From Syntrophales bacterium (GTDB lineage: Bacteria; Desulfobacterota; Syntrophia; Syntrophales; UBA4778), in NCBI GenBank assembly GCA_028712885.1, contig JAQTPK010000002.1, positions 20,623 through 84,622 on the forward strand: a stretch of 64,000 bases of DNA. Reading direction: 5' to 3'. How positions within the stretch are numbered: the stretch's first letter is position 1; each line of letters opens with the position of its first letter. A model generated the notes under the pieces. That model saw nothing but the letters and a program-made list of their open reading frames with translations. It had not been told where the DNA came from and made no database searches. Below, piece after piece: positions 19,336-31,148 of this stretch. The position numbers and the translations under genes are program-made.

Positions 19336-20582
19336 TCTTTTACCCTTCTGATGTCCGCGCCCAGGCGGGAGAGCTTTTTTTCTATCTCCTGGTAGCCCCT
19401 GTCCAGGTGATAGACGCGGGAGATTTCCGTAACGCCTTTTGAGGCCAGCCCGGCCAGGACCAGGCATGCCGACGCCCGGAGATCCGTCGCCATCACGGGA
19501 GCTCCCTTGAGACCCTTTACTCCCCTGACTGTTGCGCTGTGTCCCTGGACGGTGATGTCAGCCCCCATACGAATGAGTTCGCTTACATGCATGAAGCGAT
19601 TCTCGAAGACGGTTTCAGTAATCACGCTGACCCCGCGTCCAAGCGCCATTAACGCCATCATCTGAGCCTGCAGGTCGGTCGGGAACCCGGGGTAGGGAAG
19701 GGTTTTCAGGTCGACGCATTTCATATCGCCCGTTCCGGAGACCCTGACTCCTCCGGGAATTTCCGTTACCTCCGTTCCCGTATCCCTCAGTTTGCGAATG
19801 AGCGCCTTCAGATGGTCCGGCCGGCATCCCATGACGCGGACGTCGCCTCCTGTGATAGCCGCGCCGATCATGTATGTCCCGGTCTCGATCCTGTCGGGAA
19901 TGACGTCCGCTTCAACGGGACCGAGCCGGTCTACGCCCTCAATCCGGATAACGTCGGTTCCGGCTCCGCTCACCCTGGCTCCCATCCCATTCAGTACTTC
20001 CGCCAGATTGGCGACTTCCGGCTCTCGCGCGGCATTTTCAAGCACCGTCGTCCCCTTGGCCAGCACCGCCGCCATCATTATGTTTTCGGTGCCGGTAACG
20101 GTCGAGATGTCAAAATACACCTTCGCCCCTTTCAGGCGGGATGCACTGGCTTCCAGGTAGCCTCCCTTCAAATCAATGCGGGCCCCCATTTCTTCAAGGG
20201 CCTTGATGTGCAGATTTACGGGCCGCGCCCCGATGGCGCATCCGCCGGGAAGGGATACCCTCGCTTTCCCGAAACGGGCCACCAGCGGGCCCAAAACGAG
20301 GATCGACGCCCTCATGGTCTTCACCAGATTATAAGGAGCCTCAAAGCCCCTTACGTTCGCCGCATTTATCCGCAGCGTCTGATCTCCCTCGGTCTCCACT
20401 CCCATGTGGTTAAGGAGTCTTTTGATCGTCCTGATATCGACAAGCTTAGGTATATTACGGAATGTATTCCATCCCTCCGTGAGCAGAGACGAGACAATCA
20501 CCGGAAGGGCGGCGTTTTTAGACCCGCTCACAGCGACTTCGCCCTGCAGCCGCTTGCCTCCGCTGATGACGATCTTATCCAC
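19332..20582 (-). CDS. murA: UDP-N-acetylglucosamine 1-carboxyvinyltransferase
   Basis: Starts [27 protein letters not shown] and has the active-site loop ...[12 protein letters not shown]... Confidence 0.95.
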   Translation of the reverse strand: MDKIVISGGKRLQGEVAVSGSKNAALPVIVSSLLTEGWNTFRNIPKLVDIRTIKRLLNHMGVETEGDQTLRINAANVRGFEAPYNLVKTMRASILVLGPLVARFGKARVSLPGGCAIGARPVNLHIKALEEMGARIDLKGGYLEASASRLKGAKVYFDISTVTGTENIMMAAVLAKGTTVLENAAREPEVANLAEVLNGMGARVSGAGTDVIRIEGVDRLGPVEADVIPDRIETGTYMIGAAITGGDVRVMGCRPDHLKALIRKLRDTGTEVTEIPGGVRVSGTGDMKCVDLKTLPYPGFPTDLQAQMMALMALGRGVSVITETVFENRFMHVSELIRMGADITVQGHSATVRGVKGLKGAPVMATDLRASACLVLAGLASKGVTEISRVYHLDRGYQEIEKKLSRLGADIRRVKE

Positions 20583-21438
20583 GGATTTTTTTCCTCCTTG
20601 CCCGCACCGTTCGCGGGATTCCGGAATAATCGGACCTCAATGCGATCTCCTCGAATATGCCGGCCTTCTCCAGGATTCCTGCGGCCCCGTCTCCCTGTCC
20701 CCAGCCGATTTCCATGATCAGCACGCCCTCTTCTTTCAGATATGCCGCGCTCTCGCCGGCTATCCGGCGATGAAATTCCATGCCGTCCGGACCGGCCACC
20801 AGAGCTTCTCTTGGCTCGTACAACCGCACTCCCGGTTCCAGCTCCGTCCATTCCTTCTCGGCAATGTAAGGAGGGTTCGCGGCAATCAAGTCAAAAGATC
20901 CGTCAACGGAAGCGAAGAGATCGCCCGAAAGAAAGGTGATCCGTTGCCCCACGGAGTGTTTTTCCGCATTTCTGTGCGCCGTCTCAAGAGCCCGCGGGGA
21001 TATGTCTGTCGCCGTGATCTCCGCGTCCGGCAATTCGGAAGCCAGCGCGACGGCAATTGCGCCGGAACCGGTGCAGAGATCGAGTATTTTCAATTTTCCT
21101 TTTCTTCCGGCAAGGGCGTCGAGGGCCTCTTCGACCAGGATTTCCGTCTCCGGTCTCGGTATCAGCACGTCACGGTTGACTTCGAACGAAAGAGACCAGA
21201 ATTCTTTCTTTCCGATTATCTGCGCAACGGGCTCTCCCCGGATCCGTCTTCCTACCAGCTCGCGGAATCTGTTTTCCGCGTCCGACGGAACAGCTTCTTC
21301 CGCACCACGATAAAGGAGCGCACGATCGCTTCCGAGACAGTGGCACAGCAGTATTTCCGCCTCAAGCCGGCAGGCGGGGCGGCCGCTGGTCTTCAACAAC
21401 TCGGCTCCGGAATGGAGAACTTTCTTGATGCTGTTCAT
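20575..21438 (-). CDS. prmC: release-factor glutamine N5-methyltransferase PrmC/HemK
   Basis: SAM motif [11 protein letters not shown] and NPPY catalytic motif (AANPPYI). It lies downstream of prfA. Confidence 0.9.
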   Translation of the reverse strand: MNSIKKVLHSGAELLKTSGRPACRLEAEILLCHCLGSDRALLYRGAEEAVPSDAENRFRELVGRRIRGEPVAQIIGKKEFWSLSFEVNRDVLIPRPETEILVEEALDALAGRKGKLKILDLCTGSGAIAVALASELPDAEITATDISPRALETAHRNAEKHSVGQRITFLSGDLFASVDGSFDLIAANPPYIAEKEWTELEPGVRLYEPREALVAGPDGMEFHRRIAGESAAYLKEEGVLIMEIGWGQGDGAAGILEKAGIFEEIALRSDYSGIPRTVRARRKKIRG

Positions 21439-21455
21439 GGGGCGACGTGCGGACC

Positions 21456-22523
21456 TCAGGCGGCAGATTCCTTCAGGGCTTCCGTCTGAAAATGCGTAGA
21501 CAGGGCATCGATAACGGACTGCAGATCCCCGTCCAGGATTGTTTCAAGATTATACAATGTCAAGCCGATCCGATGATCCGTAATCCTGCCCTGGGGAAAA
21601 TTATACGTTCGGATGCGCTCGCTTCGGTCGCCGGTCCCTACCTGGCTTTTTCTCTTCTCCGAGATCTTGGCGTCACGTTCGCGGGTCATGCGGTCCAGCA
21701 GCCTCGCTTTAAGCACTTTCAAGGCCTTTGCCTTATTCTTGTGCTGAGACTTTTCATCCTGGCAGGTAACGATAAGTCCCGTGGGAATATGTGTTATCCG
21801 GACGGCTGAATCGGTGGTATTCACGCTCTGTCCGCCGTGCCCGCTCGACCGGTACACGTCCACACGTATTTCATTGGGATCTACCTGGACCTCTACATCC
21901 TCTGCTTCTGGCAGAACCGCTACGGTGACGGCAGAGGTGTGAATCCGCCCCTGGGATTCGGTTACGGGCACCCTCTGCACCCGGTGCACACCGCTTTCGT
22001 ACTTGAGGCTGCGATACGCCCCTTTTCCTTCCAGGAGAGCGATGATTTCCTTGAACCCTCCCTTATCCGAGATGCTGCTGTTCATCACCTCGATCCGCCA
22101 GCCTGCGCGTTCCGCATACCTCGCGTACATCCTGAACAGATCGGCGGCAAAGAGCGAGGCCTCCTCGCCGCCGGTGCCGGCGCGTATTTCAAGAAGGATA
22201 TTTCTCTCGTCATTGGGGTCTTTAGGAAGCAGCAGAACCTTGAGCCGGGATTCCAACTCCTCTTTTCTGGCCTTAAGCCGCGGTATCTCTTCTTTCAGGA
22301 GTTCCCGCAGTTCATCATCGTTTTCGGCCAGGAGTTGCTGATCCTCCTCGATATTCCTGAGAACCTCTTTATATTCCCGGTAAACGCCCACAATCGCCTG
22401 CAGGTCGGAATGCTCCTTTGCGGATCGCTGATACTCGGTCCGGTTCGCAATTACATCCGGATCGCCCAGCTTCCTCTCGAGCTCCTCGTATTTTGTTACA
22501 AGTACCTGCAGTTTATCGAGCAT
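21456..22523 (-). CDS. prfA: peptide chain release factor 1
   Basis: Carries the PVT tripeptide ([13 protein letters not shown]) and the GGQ motif (SGHGGQSVN). Start chosen at MLDKLQ (22523). Confidence 0.95.
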   Translation of the reverse strand: MLDKLQVLVTKYEELERKLGDPDVIANRTEYQRSAKEHSDLQAIVGVYREYKEVLRNIEEDQQLLAENDDELRELLKEEIPRLKARKEELESRLKVLLLPKDPNDERNILLEIRAGTGGEEASLFAADLFRMYARYAERAGWRIEVMNSSISDKGGFKEIIALLEGKGAYRSLKYESGVHRVQRVPVTESQGRIHTSAVTVAVLPEAEDVEVQVDPNEIRVDVYRSSGHGGQSVNTTDSAVRITHIPTGLIVTCQDEKSQHKNKAKALKVLKARLLDRMTRERDAKISEKRKSQVGTGDRSERIRTYNFPQGRITDHRIGLTLYNLETILDGDLQSVIDALSTHFQTEALKESAA

Positions 22524-22534
22524 GTCTCTACATG

Positions 22535-22568
22535 AAAAAATACCCCGCAACACGCTGTTCCGGGGTAT
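22535..22568 (-). terminator. intrinsic terminator after rpmE, 11 nt upstream of the prfA start
   Basis: On the minus strand: ATACCCCG, a 13-nt loop, CGGGGTAT, then TTTTTT. Confidence 0.6.
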
Positions 22569-22634
22569 TTACCGATATCCGAAGATGTTGATTTCGAGTT
22601 TCCGCCGGTCCCCCGAACATCTTCAGCAGACCGC

Positions 22635-22862
22635 CTAAGAGGAGGCCTTCTTCCTTGTTTTCTCGTATTTTTTCTCGAACCGTTCAACTCTTCCCGCCGT
22701 ATCGATTATCTTCTGCTTTCCGGTCATGAATGGGTGGCAGCTGGAACATATTTCCACTTTTATGTCTTTCTTCGTGGACCGGGTCTTGATCACATTGCCG
22801 CACACGCAAGTGATCGTAGTTTCTTTGTATTCCGGGTGTATGTCTTTTTTCATATTAACCAC
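22635..22862 (-). CDS. rpmE: 50S ribosomal protein L31 (Zn-ribbon type)
   Basis: Starts MKKDIHPEY and has CxC...CSSCHPF cysteines. Confidence 0.9.
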   Translation of the reverse strand: MVNMKKDIHPEYKETTITCVCGNVIKTRSTKKDIKVEICSSCHPFMTGKQKIIDTAGRVERFEKKYEKTRKKASS

Positions 22863-22926
22863 CTGACAGAGAGATTTTGGATTTCTATAGCCAATCCATT
22901 AAAAATTCAAGGGAAAAGATTATGCC

Positions 22927-24174
<1,248 letters not shown>

Positions 24175-24365
24175 AATTCTCCCCGGCATACACTTTTCCT
24201 GTTTACCCGCAGTCTGGGACACTTTATACCTACCAATTTTTTATATTGTAATTCGAAGCATTGACGAAATTAAACCTGTGGAATCAACAATGGGCAGCTA
24301 CAGAGTTTTTTGAAAGTACGCTCAAAAAGGAAGGGGGTTTAATATGCCTTTTTGGGACTGACTAA

Positions 24366-24394
24366 TTTATATATAATACTCTTCCCCCTGTCAA
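24366..24394 (-). promoter_or_regulatory. sigma70-type promoter upstream of rho (TTGACA-17-TATAAA)
   Basis: -35 at 24394..24389 and -10 at 24371..24366. It implies a leader of about 190 nt. Confidence 0.5.
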
Positions 24395-24436
24395 GCGTTT
24401 TTGCTTGCCGATTTGATATGTCAGGTTTATATCGGC

Positions 24437-25273
24437 TCATGGAGCCGGAACCTTGAGCATAATGAAATTCATGGACCGGCCGGTTCTGCCGGATTCGGCC
24501 CGATGGGAATAGAGCAGATCTGTGCGGCATGAGGTGCACACGGGACCGATGGAAATATTGCCGGGGGGAAGCCCCGCTTCGTGGAGTTGAACCCCGTTAA
24601 TCCCCGCCAGATCCAGCATCCATCGATCCGGCCTTTTGCCTTTATGGACGAAGCCGGCCCAGGACCGGTCGCACATGGCCCGAATGACGCTTTCATCCAC
24701 CTCGTAGCAGCACGGTCCTATGGCGGGGCCCTCTGAAGCGAGGATGTTTTCGGGACGGCAGGAATACTCCCGCTGCATGACAAGAACGGCTTTTTGCACG
24801 ATGCGGGCGGCGGTACCCCTCCACCCCGCATGTACAGCTCCGATAATCTTTTTCACCGGATCCGCCAGCAGCACCGGCACGCAATCGGCGGTTTTTATGC
24901 AGAGCGCAATCCCGGTGCTGGAAGTAACTATTCCGTCATACATGAGGGGTTCGACGGGGGGCCGGTTCCCGTTCCATGTGAGAATGCCGTCTCCGTGGAC
25001 CTGGCGGACGAGAAGGAAATCAGCCGCCGAGAAGCCCAGCGACGAAGCCGCAATCTCCAGATTGCGCGATACGTTCTCCGCCGTGTCGCCTTCCTTTGAA
25101 CTGAAGTTCAGGCTGGAATATTGACCCGAACTGACGCCCCCATGCCGGGTAAAGAAGGCGTGGGTCAGAAGGCGGCCGTAAGCCGCCAGCAGGGGAGATT
25201 CGAAATAACCCACCTGTCCTCTCCTGACCAGCTGCAATCCGCCGCTATCAGGAGCCATATTTTTTTTCGGCAT
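24437..25273 (-). CDS. pgeF: YfiH/PgeF family purine nucleoside phosphorylase / peptidoglycan editing factor
   Basis: DUF152 laccase-domain motifs (QVHG, ADCVPV, HAGWRG). Confidence 0.8.
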   Translation of the reverse strand: MPKKNMAPDSGGLQLVRRGQVGYFESPLLAAYGRLLTHAFFTRHGGVSSGQYSSLNFSSKEGDTAENVSRNLEIAASSLGFSAADFLLVRQVHGDGILTWNGNRPPVEPLMYDGIVTSSTGIALCIKTADCVPVLLADPVKKIIGAVHAGWRGTAARIVQKAVLVMQREYSCRPENILASEGPAIGPCCYEVDESVIRAMCDRSWAGFVHKGKRPDRWMLDLAGINGVQLHEAGLPPGNISIGPVCTSCRTDLLYSHRAESGRTGRSMNFIMLKVPAP

Positions 25274-26246
25274 ACGCCCTTAAATAACCTCTCATGCGCT
25301 CCATATCGGCAGGGAGCGAAGATTCGAACGACAATCTTTTCCCCGTAACGGGATGCCGGAACTCGAGACGGGCCGCGTGAAGCGCCTGTCTCTTCATCGT
25401 CTTCAGCCTGCTTTGAAGTACGGCATCCCGAACCTGACTGATCCTCCGCGAAGTCTGGCCGTAGACGTGATCGCCGATAACGGGATGCCCGGCGGCGGTA
25501 AGATGGACTCTTATCTGGTGCGTCCTTCCCGTCTTCAGGGTCAATTCCGCCAGCGTCGCTTCTCCGTATCGTTCCATGACTTTCCAGCAGGTCACGGCCT
25601 CCCGGCCACGGCGGCTTGAGGTTGACATTCTTTTCCGGTCGACGGGATGCCGGCCGACGGGAAGCTCTATCCTGTCTTCGTCGGGAATCATATCACCCCA
25701 GACAAACGCCAGATACCTCTTGTCAACCTCTCTCTCCTTGAACTGGCGCGACAGATCGTCCAGGGCCTGTTCCGTTTTTGCCACAACCATCAGGCCTGAT
25801 GTGTCCTTATCCAGACGATGTACGATTCCGGGCCGCAGGACCCCTCCGATTCCCCGGAGATCCGTGCAATGGTGAAGGAGAGCGTTTACCAGTGTTCCTG
25901 AATCCCGACCCGCGCCGGGATGAACCACCAGCCCCGGAGGCTTATCGACGACCAGAAGAGATTCGTCTTCGTACAAAACGGAAATCGGGATCTTCTCCGG
26001 CTCGAGGCCGGGAGCGGCCGCATCTCTCATGAGCAGGCGCACCATGTCGCCTTCCCGAAGCTTCTGTCCCGCTTTGGCCTCCCTTCCGTTCACGAATACA
26101 AGGCGCTCTTCCACCATCCTTTTTATGCGCGAGCGGGAAAGCGCGACGTCCTGACCGGAGAGAAATACATCAAGCCTTACCCCCTGGTCCTGGGCTGTGA
26201 CGCGGAAATCACAGAAGCGGCCTCCGGCGGCATCCTCTGCGGTCAT
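25248..26246 (-). CDS. rluD: RluA-family 23S rRNA pseudouridine synthase (RluD-like)
   Basis: N-terminal S4 domain and the catalytic HRLDKDTSG motif. Confidence 0.85.
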   Translation of the reverse strand: MTAEDAAGGRFCDFRVTAQDQGVRLDVFLSGQDVALSRSRIKRMVEERLVFVNGREAKAGQKLREGDMVRLLMRDAAAPGLEPEKIPISVLYEDESLLVVDKPPGLVVHPGAGRDSGTLVNALLHHCTDLRGIGGVLRPGIVHRLDKDTSGLMVVAKTEQALDDLSRQFKEREVDKRYLAFVWGDMIPDEDRIELPVGRHPVDRKRMSTSSRRGREAVTCWKVMERYGEATLAELTLKTGRTHQIRVHLTAAGHPVIGDHVYGQTSRRISQVRDAVLQSRLKTMKRQALHAARLEFRHPVTGKRLSFESSLPADMERMRGYLRAYAEKKYGS

Positions 26247-27655
26247 AGACGGGATTCCTTTGCCAGAGCGGCTTCCAGGCCTTTCTTTATTTCGGGGATT
26301 TCTTCCTCTGTAATGGTCCTCAGATCGAAGAGGACCTCTTCCCCCGCAATGCGGGCGACGACGGGCATTTCAAGACTCCGCAGGCGCGACTCGATCCGGG
26401 AAGCCGAAATCCGGGAGGATCGCACGGCGATAAGCACCGATGGAATATCGCTGCCCGGAAGAGAGCCTCCCCCCGCCATGGATACGCCTTTGATCAACGA
26501 GAGATGGAGCCCGCTGTCCGGGATGGATGAAAGAGAATCGAACAGCAGTTTCGCCCTGCGCTCCACAGAAGGCACATCTTCCGTCATGGAACGCAGTATA
26601 CGCAATCCCTTTACGGCCGTTTCCGGCTTAAGATAAAGCATCAGGGTTGCTTCCAGGGCCGCCAGGGTCATCTTGCCTATTCTCAACGCGCGATTAAGAG
26701 GGTTTTTTCGTATGCGCTCCAGGAACTCCTTTTTCCCCAGAATGACCCCGGCCTGGGGGCCCCCGAGCAGTTTATCCCCGCTGAAAGTGACAACATCAGC
26801 TCCGTCCGCAACAACCTCCCTGACCGTCGGCTCCCGGTCCAGACCGTACCGGTCCAGGTCCAGAAAACACCCGCTGCCAAGATCGTTCAGAACGGGAATT
26901 CCGCAACGCCGCCCGAGCGCAGCCAGATCTGGCAGCTGCACTTCCGAAGTGAACCCGCTGATCCGATAATTGCTCGGATGCACTTTCATGAGAAGACCCG
27001 TAAATTCGCTCACTGCCGATTCGTAGTCCGCGAGGTAAGTCTTGTTTGTCGTGCCGACTTCCCGCAGGATGGCGCCGCTTTTTTCCATTATCTCGGGGAG
27101 ACGGAACTCCCCCCCGATCTCGATAAGCTCGCCCCTGGAAACTACGGCTTCCTTCCCCTCCGAAAGAGAATTCAAGGCCAGCAGAACCGCAGCCGCATTG
27201 TTGTTCACGACAACCGCATCTTCGGCCCCGGTCAGCTCGAGGAGAACCTCACGCAAATGATCGTAGCGGCTGCCTCTCTGCCCTCCTTTAAGATCGAATT
27301 CCAGGTTCGAATATCCCCTGGAAACGGCCATGACCCGGTCGAGCGCCTCCCGGCACAGGGGGGCCCTGCCCAGATTGGTATGCAGTATCACTCCCGTCGC
27401 GTTTATTACGGGACGCAGGCGGTACTCACCGAGATTGAACAGAGTACCCACAACCTTGTCCGCCACTTCTTCAGGCGTCAGGGGGGCTTTCCTTCCGGCC
27501 CGAATGGCGGACCGTATATCCTCAATAGTCCGGCGGCTTGCCTTCTTTACGATTTCTTTATCAACATTCTTCATAATGCCGCGCTCTTTCAAAATGAGCA
27601 GGACGTCATCCATCTTGGGGATCGTCTTCAGCCGTTTTTTAACCGCTTCGTCCAT
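26243..27655 (-). CDS. selA: L-seryl-tRNA(Sec) selenium transferase
   Basis: 470 aa with a SelA-typical N-terminal domain and a PLP fold (...FSGDKLLGGPQAG...). Confidence 0.9.
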   Translation of the reverse strand: MDEAVKKRLKTIPKMDDVLLILKERGIMKNVDKEIVKKASRRTIEDIRSAIRAGRKAPLTPEEVADKVVGTLFNLGEYRLRPVINATGVILHTNLGRAPLCREALDRVMAVSRGYSNLEFDLKGGQRGSRYDHLREVLLELTGAEDAVVVNNNAAAVLLALNSLSEGKEAVVSRGELIEIGGEFRLPEIMEKSGAILREVGTTNKTYLADYESAVSEFTGLLMKVHPSNYRISGFTSEVQLPDLAALGRRCGIPVLNDLGSGCFLDLDRYGLDREPTVREVVADGADVVTFSGDKLLGGPQAGVILGKKEFLERIRKNPLNRALRIGKMTLAALEATLMLYLKPETAVKGLRILRSMTEDVPSVERRAKLLFDSLSSIPDSGLHLSLIKGVSMAGGGSLPGSDIPSVLIAVRSSRISASRIESRLRSLEMPVVARIAGEEVLFDLRTITEEEIPEIKKGLEAALAKESRL

Positions 27656-27667
27656 AACATCCTCCTC

Positions 27668-28948
27668 TCAATTCTTTTCAGCCCGGCAATAATCGCGGAA
27701 GTTATTGACAGAATTGAAGAATTCTCTCATCATGATCAGGGTGAAATAACGGCCCCGCTCTGTCAAGACAATATTGCCGTCCTCCCGCCTGATTCCCCCG
27801 GACAGACGAAGCAGAAAAAGCGGAAGTAGCAGGTGCCTGCCGGATTCGGGTCCATACTTTTCGCTGAGAGGAGACAGGTCCGTATCCAGTGCAAAAAGCC
27901 GCATCAGGAAATCATAAAGGACGCGGTCGCCCCTGGAAAACCGGCGGGATGCCATGATGGGAAATTCCCCCCTCCCGGCCCGCTCGATGTATTCCTCCAG
28001 GCCAAAGGCATTGGCATAACAGATCCCGCCCAGGTAACCAATCGCCCCGCTTCCGGTCCCCGCGTATTCATCGTAGTTGACGATATATTCGTCAATCATT
28101 TTGCCGTTTTTAGAAAAACACCAGACGGATGACGCCCTGTAAGAAGAAGAGAGGCGCCGGAGAATCGTCCTGTAGAATTCACTTTCCCGGTGCGATAGAG
28201 ATCCAAGATCGCGCAGGATGCGGTCGCGCGCCGAGTCGGAAACCATCAGGGGATAATAGGTAATCTGATCGACGCCTGTGGCGATCAGGGTCTCGATATC
28301 GCGCGCAAGCACATCAGCCGTCTGGGCCGGCAGATTGAAAATCATGTCGGCGTTGAGGGTCTCGAATTGCCCGATTGCATTGCGGATCGCTTCGGCCGTG
28401 CGGCTGCCGCTTCCGTAGCGATCAAACCTCCCCATAGCCCGCAGGATGTCGTCGTCAAAGCTCTGAATCCCGACTGAAAGACGGTCGACCCCGGCCCTTT
28501 TCAGCGCTTTCAGGTGTTCTTCATCAAGATGATCAGGATTCGTTTCGACGGAGACCTCCCTGATGGGGAAACTGCTGCGAACTACGCCGAGCGTTTCTTC
28601 CAGCTCTTCCACCAGAACCGTGGGAGTCCCGCCCCCCACGTATACGCTCCTGAAATCAAATCCTGCTTCCTTATAAGAGAGGATCTCTCTTCTTAAACTC
28701 TGGAAATAAGCCCGGCAAAGCCCCTCATCGAAGGGCACGCGGTGAAAAGAGCAATAAGGACATAAGTTTCGGCAGAAGGGGACATGAATATAGAGCAGGC
28801 GTGGTTTCGCCGGATCAACATCCCCGAGAGAAGGCGTAATTCCCCCCTGGAATTGCATGACGCGGTTCATTTTGAACCGCGCTGCTCTCGCGACGATGGC
28901 GCCCGCTCCAAAAAGAATTAGAATTCCTCCTGTTTTCAATATTTTCAT
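27668..28948 (-). CDS. HemN-like radical SAM protein (coproporphyrinogen III oxidase family)
   Basis: YIHVPFCRNLCPYCSF (CxxxCxxC) and the HemN-type GGGTP motif. The N-terminal hydrophobic segment leaves the start uncertain. Confidence 0.75.
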   Translation of the reverse strand: MKILKTGGILILFGAGAIVARAARFKMNRVMQFQGGITPSLGDVDPAKPRLLYIHVPFCRNLCPYCSFHRVPFDEGLCRAYFQSLRREILSYKEAGFDFRSVYVGGGTPTVLVEELEETLGVVRSSFPIREVSVETNPDHLDEEHLKALKRAGVDRLSVGIQSFDDDILRAMGRFDRYGSGSRTAEAIRNAIGQFETLNADMIFNLPAQTADVLARDIETLIATGVDQITYYPLMVSDSARDRILRDLGSLSHRESEFYRTILRRLSSSYRASSVWCFSKNGKMIDEYIVNYDEYAGTGSGAIGYLGGICYANAFGLEEYIERAGRGEFPIMASRRFSRGDRVLYDFLMRLFALDTDLSPLSEKYGPESGRHLLLPLFLLRLSGGIRREDGNIVLTERGRYFTLIMMREFFNSVNNFRDYCRAEKN

Positions 28949-29045
28949 TCATAACAGAGCGGGGAAAAATTAGCAATAACAGGCGCGCAAGGGTCAGGTG
29001 TAAAAAAATTCAAAGCACGAAATCCCGGACATTTTTCTTTTTTAA

Positions 29046-29093
29046 CACCTTACTCCTGACACTTCACGCCTTACGCTTTACACTTTACGCAGG
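29046..29093 (-). repeat. 7-bp-period tandem array (cacctta ctcctga cacttca cgcctta cgcttta cacttta cgcagg)
   Basis: Read directly. It is the reverse complement of GTAAGGN-type units and lies in the divergent intergenic region. Confidence 0.85.
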
Positions 29094-29146
29094 ACTCTTG
29101 AGCCGTTTGCCGGAAAATGGTATGAATTGCGAGGGAGAATTTATTC

Positions 29147-29743
29147 ATGAGTACAAAAATATGGACCCTGTGGTCGGGCGGCCGGACAAATGAGGAAGAG
29201 CGTCTGCTGCTGAAAAGACCCTCAGCCGAGCTTCCGGCTCCTTTCGGCGACAGGGAAAAAAGAGAGATTAAAACGATTATCGCAGCCTTTCTGGAGAGGG
29301 ATGACGCTCTCGGACTTGCCGCCCCACAGATCGGATTGAGCAGAAAAATAATCATCTTCAAGACCAGAGGCCTTCATGAAAGATCACCTGTCCGCAGCCG
29401 GAGCGATTATGAAGTCCTGATTAATCCCCGGATTACACAGAAGCGGGGACCGGAAGAAATCATGTCGGAAGGTTGCCTCTCCTGCCCTGATATCAGTGTC
29501 GAAGTGATCCGGTCGACGGAAATCAAGGTCCGCGCCCTCGACGAGGAGGGGAATAAAATCAATCGCCGTTATACGGGCTTCCAGGCAAGGATAGTCCAGC
29601 ATGAAATAGATCACCTGGAAGGCAAGCTCATCCTGGATCACGCGGACGGAGCAATCTACATACCTAAAGAGAAGCGGGTCATTTTAATGGCGCTGCTCCA
29701 GAGGGAACTCCCCATTGAGGAACGGGAGATCGTTCCTGCCTGA
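29147..29743 (+). CDS. def: peptide deformylase (divergent N-terminus)
   Basis: All three Def motifs are present: GLAAPQIG, EGCLSCP and HEIDHLEG. Confidence 0.8.
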   Translation: MSTKIWTLWSGGRTNEEERLLLKRPSAELPAPFGDREKREIKTIIAAFLERDDALGLAAPQIGLSRKIIIFKTRGLHERSPVRSRSDYEVLINPRITQKRGPEEIMSEGCLSCPDISVEVIRSTEIKVRALDEEGNKINRRYTGFQARIVQHEIDHLEGKLILDHADGAIYIPKEKRVILMALLQRELPIEEREIVPA

Positions 29744-29798
29744 AACCGGCCCCCGCAAACCTTTTCAAAAAACCAAACCGGCGGAACGAGGGTATCGT

Positions 29799-31142
29799 AT
29801 GTCTGAATTTTATGATCTGGTCGTGGTCGGGTCGGGTCCGGGCGGTCATGCCGTTGCGGAGCATTCCGCTCTACTGGGCGCCAAGGTAGCGGTCGTTGAA
29901 AAAAAAGACTGGGGAGGCGTCTGCACTAACGAGGGGTGCATCCCCACGAAAGCGCTTCTGGCCTGCAGCAATGCCTTTTCGGAGCTGCGCAAGGTGAAGC
30001 GGTTAGGTATCCAGGCGCAGGGGTCCTTCGACTTTGCGGCCGTGAAGCGCCATCAGAGCCAGATCGTGCGGGTGTCATCGCTCGGCGTGCAAAAGTCCCT
30101 TCAGGAAGCGGGGATCCGGCTTATTAAGGGCAACGGCAGAATTCTATCCCCATCCGAAGTCAAGGTCGAATCCGGCGGGCAAGATGTCTTGTTAATGACA
30201 AAAAACATAGTAATTGCTTGGGGTTCCGTTCCTTTTTTTCCGCCGGGCATTCTTCCTTCCGGCCGAATTCTTTCTTCCGGGGAGTTTCTTGCGATGGATC
30301 GGCTTCCAGGCAGCGTTCTTATCCTCGGAGGCGGCGGAATAGGACTCGAATTCGCCAGTTTCCTTTCCGGTCTCGGCTGCAGGGTTTCCATAATCGAGCT
30401 GATGGACCAGATCCTTCCGTATGAAGACGAGGATGCCGCACGTTTCATCCGGAAGGAACTGGAGAAAACCGGCATTGATATTGTAACATCGGCCCGCGCC
30501 GAAAGAGTAACCGATACCGGCGATTGCGTGCGGATCGAAATCAGCCGGGGAGGCGAATCCCGGCTCCTGGAAGCGGAACTGGCCTTGATCTGTTCCGGGC
30601 GCAAACCGGCATTGAACGGAAAGGAATTATCGGATCTGGGTATTGATTTTTCAGAACGGGGCATCCGGGTAGATGCGCGGCAACAGACCGGCATTGAAGG
30701 CATCTATGCCGTAGGGGACGCAACCGGTCCCCCGCTGCTCGCCCACCGGGCGGCCCAGCAGGGAAAGGCCCTGGCGAGCGCCCTGTTTGGAGACGGTTCG
30801 GTATATTATGAAGAAAGATACGTGCCCTCGGTTTCATATACCAGGCCGGGACTGGCCCGGGTCGGAATGACCGAAAAGGCAGCCCGCTCTTCGGGAATCC
30901 GTTTTGAAGTCAAGAGATCCGATTTCGGATCGAATATCCTGGCCAGGGCGGAACTGAAGGGCGGCGGATTCTTTAAAGCCCTGTATTCGGAAGACAGGCT
31001 TATCGGCGCCGCTGTTGTTTGCGAAGGAGCGGCCGAGCTCATCGCCGGAATGGGACTGGCGCTTGCAGCCGGCCTGGGGCATTCCGACTTGAAAAAATGG
31101 ATTATCGCCCATCCCACGTTAAGTGAAATCCTTCTTCCCTGA
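29799..31142 (+). CDS. lpd: dihydrolipoyl dehydrogenase-like FAD/NAD disulfide oxidoreductase
   Basis: VVVGSGPGGH, redox-active GGVCTNEGCIPTK and C-terminal HPTLSE. Start chosen at MSEFYDL. No E1/E2 genes lie nearby. Confidence 0.75.
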   Translation: MSEFYDLVVVGSGPGGHAVAEHSALLGAKVAVVEKKDWGGVCTNEGCIPTKALLACSNAFSELRKVKRLGIQAQGSFDFAAVKRHQSQIVRVSSLGVQKSLQEAGIRLIKGNGRILSPSEVKVESGGQDVLLMTKNIVIAWGSVPFFPPGILPSGRILSSGEFLAMDRLPGSVLILGGGGIGLEFASFLSGLGCRVSIIELMDQILPYEDEDAARFIRKELEKTGIDIVTSARAERVTDTGDCVRIEISRGGESRLLEAELALICSGRKPALNGKELSDLGIDFSERGIRVDARQQTGIEGIYAVGDATGPPLLAHRAAQQGKALASALFGDGSVYYEERYVPSVSYTRPGLARVGMTEKAARSSGIRFEVKRSDFGSNILARAELKGGGFFKALYSEDRLIGAAVVCEGAAELIAGMGLALAAGLGHSDLKKWIIAHPTLSEILLP

Positions 31143-31148
31143 CGATAG

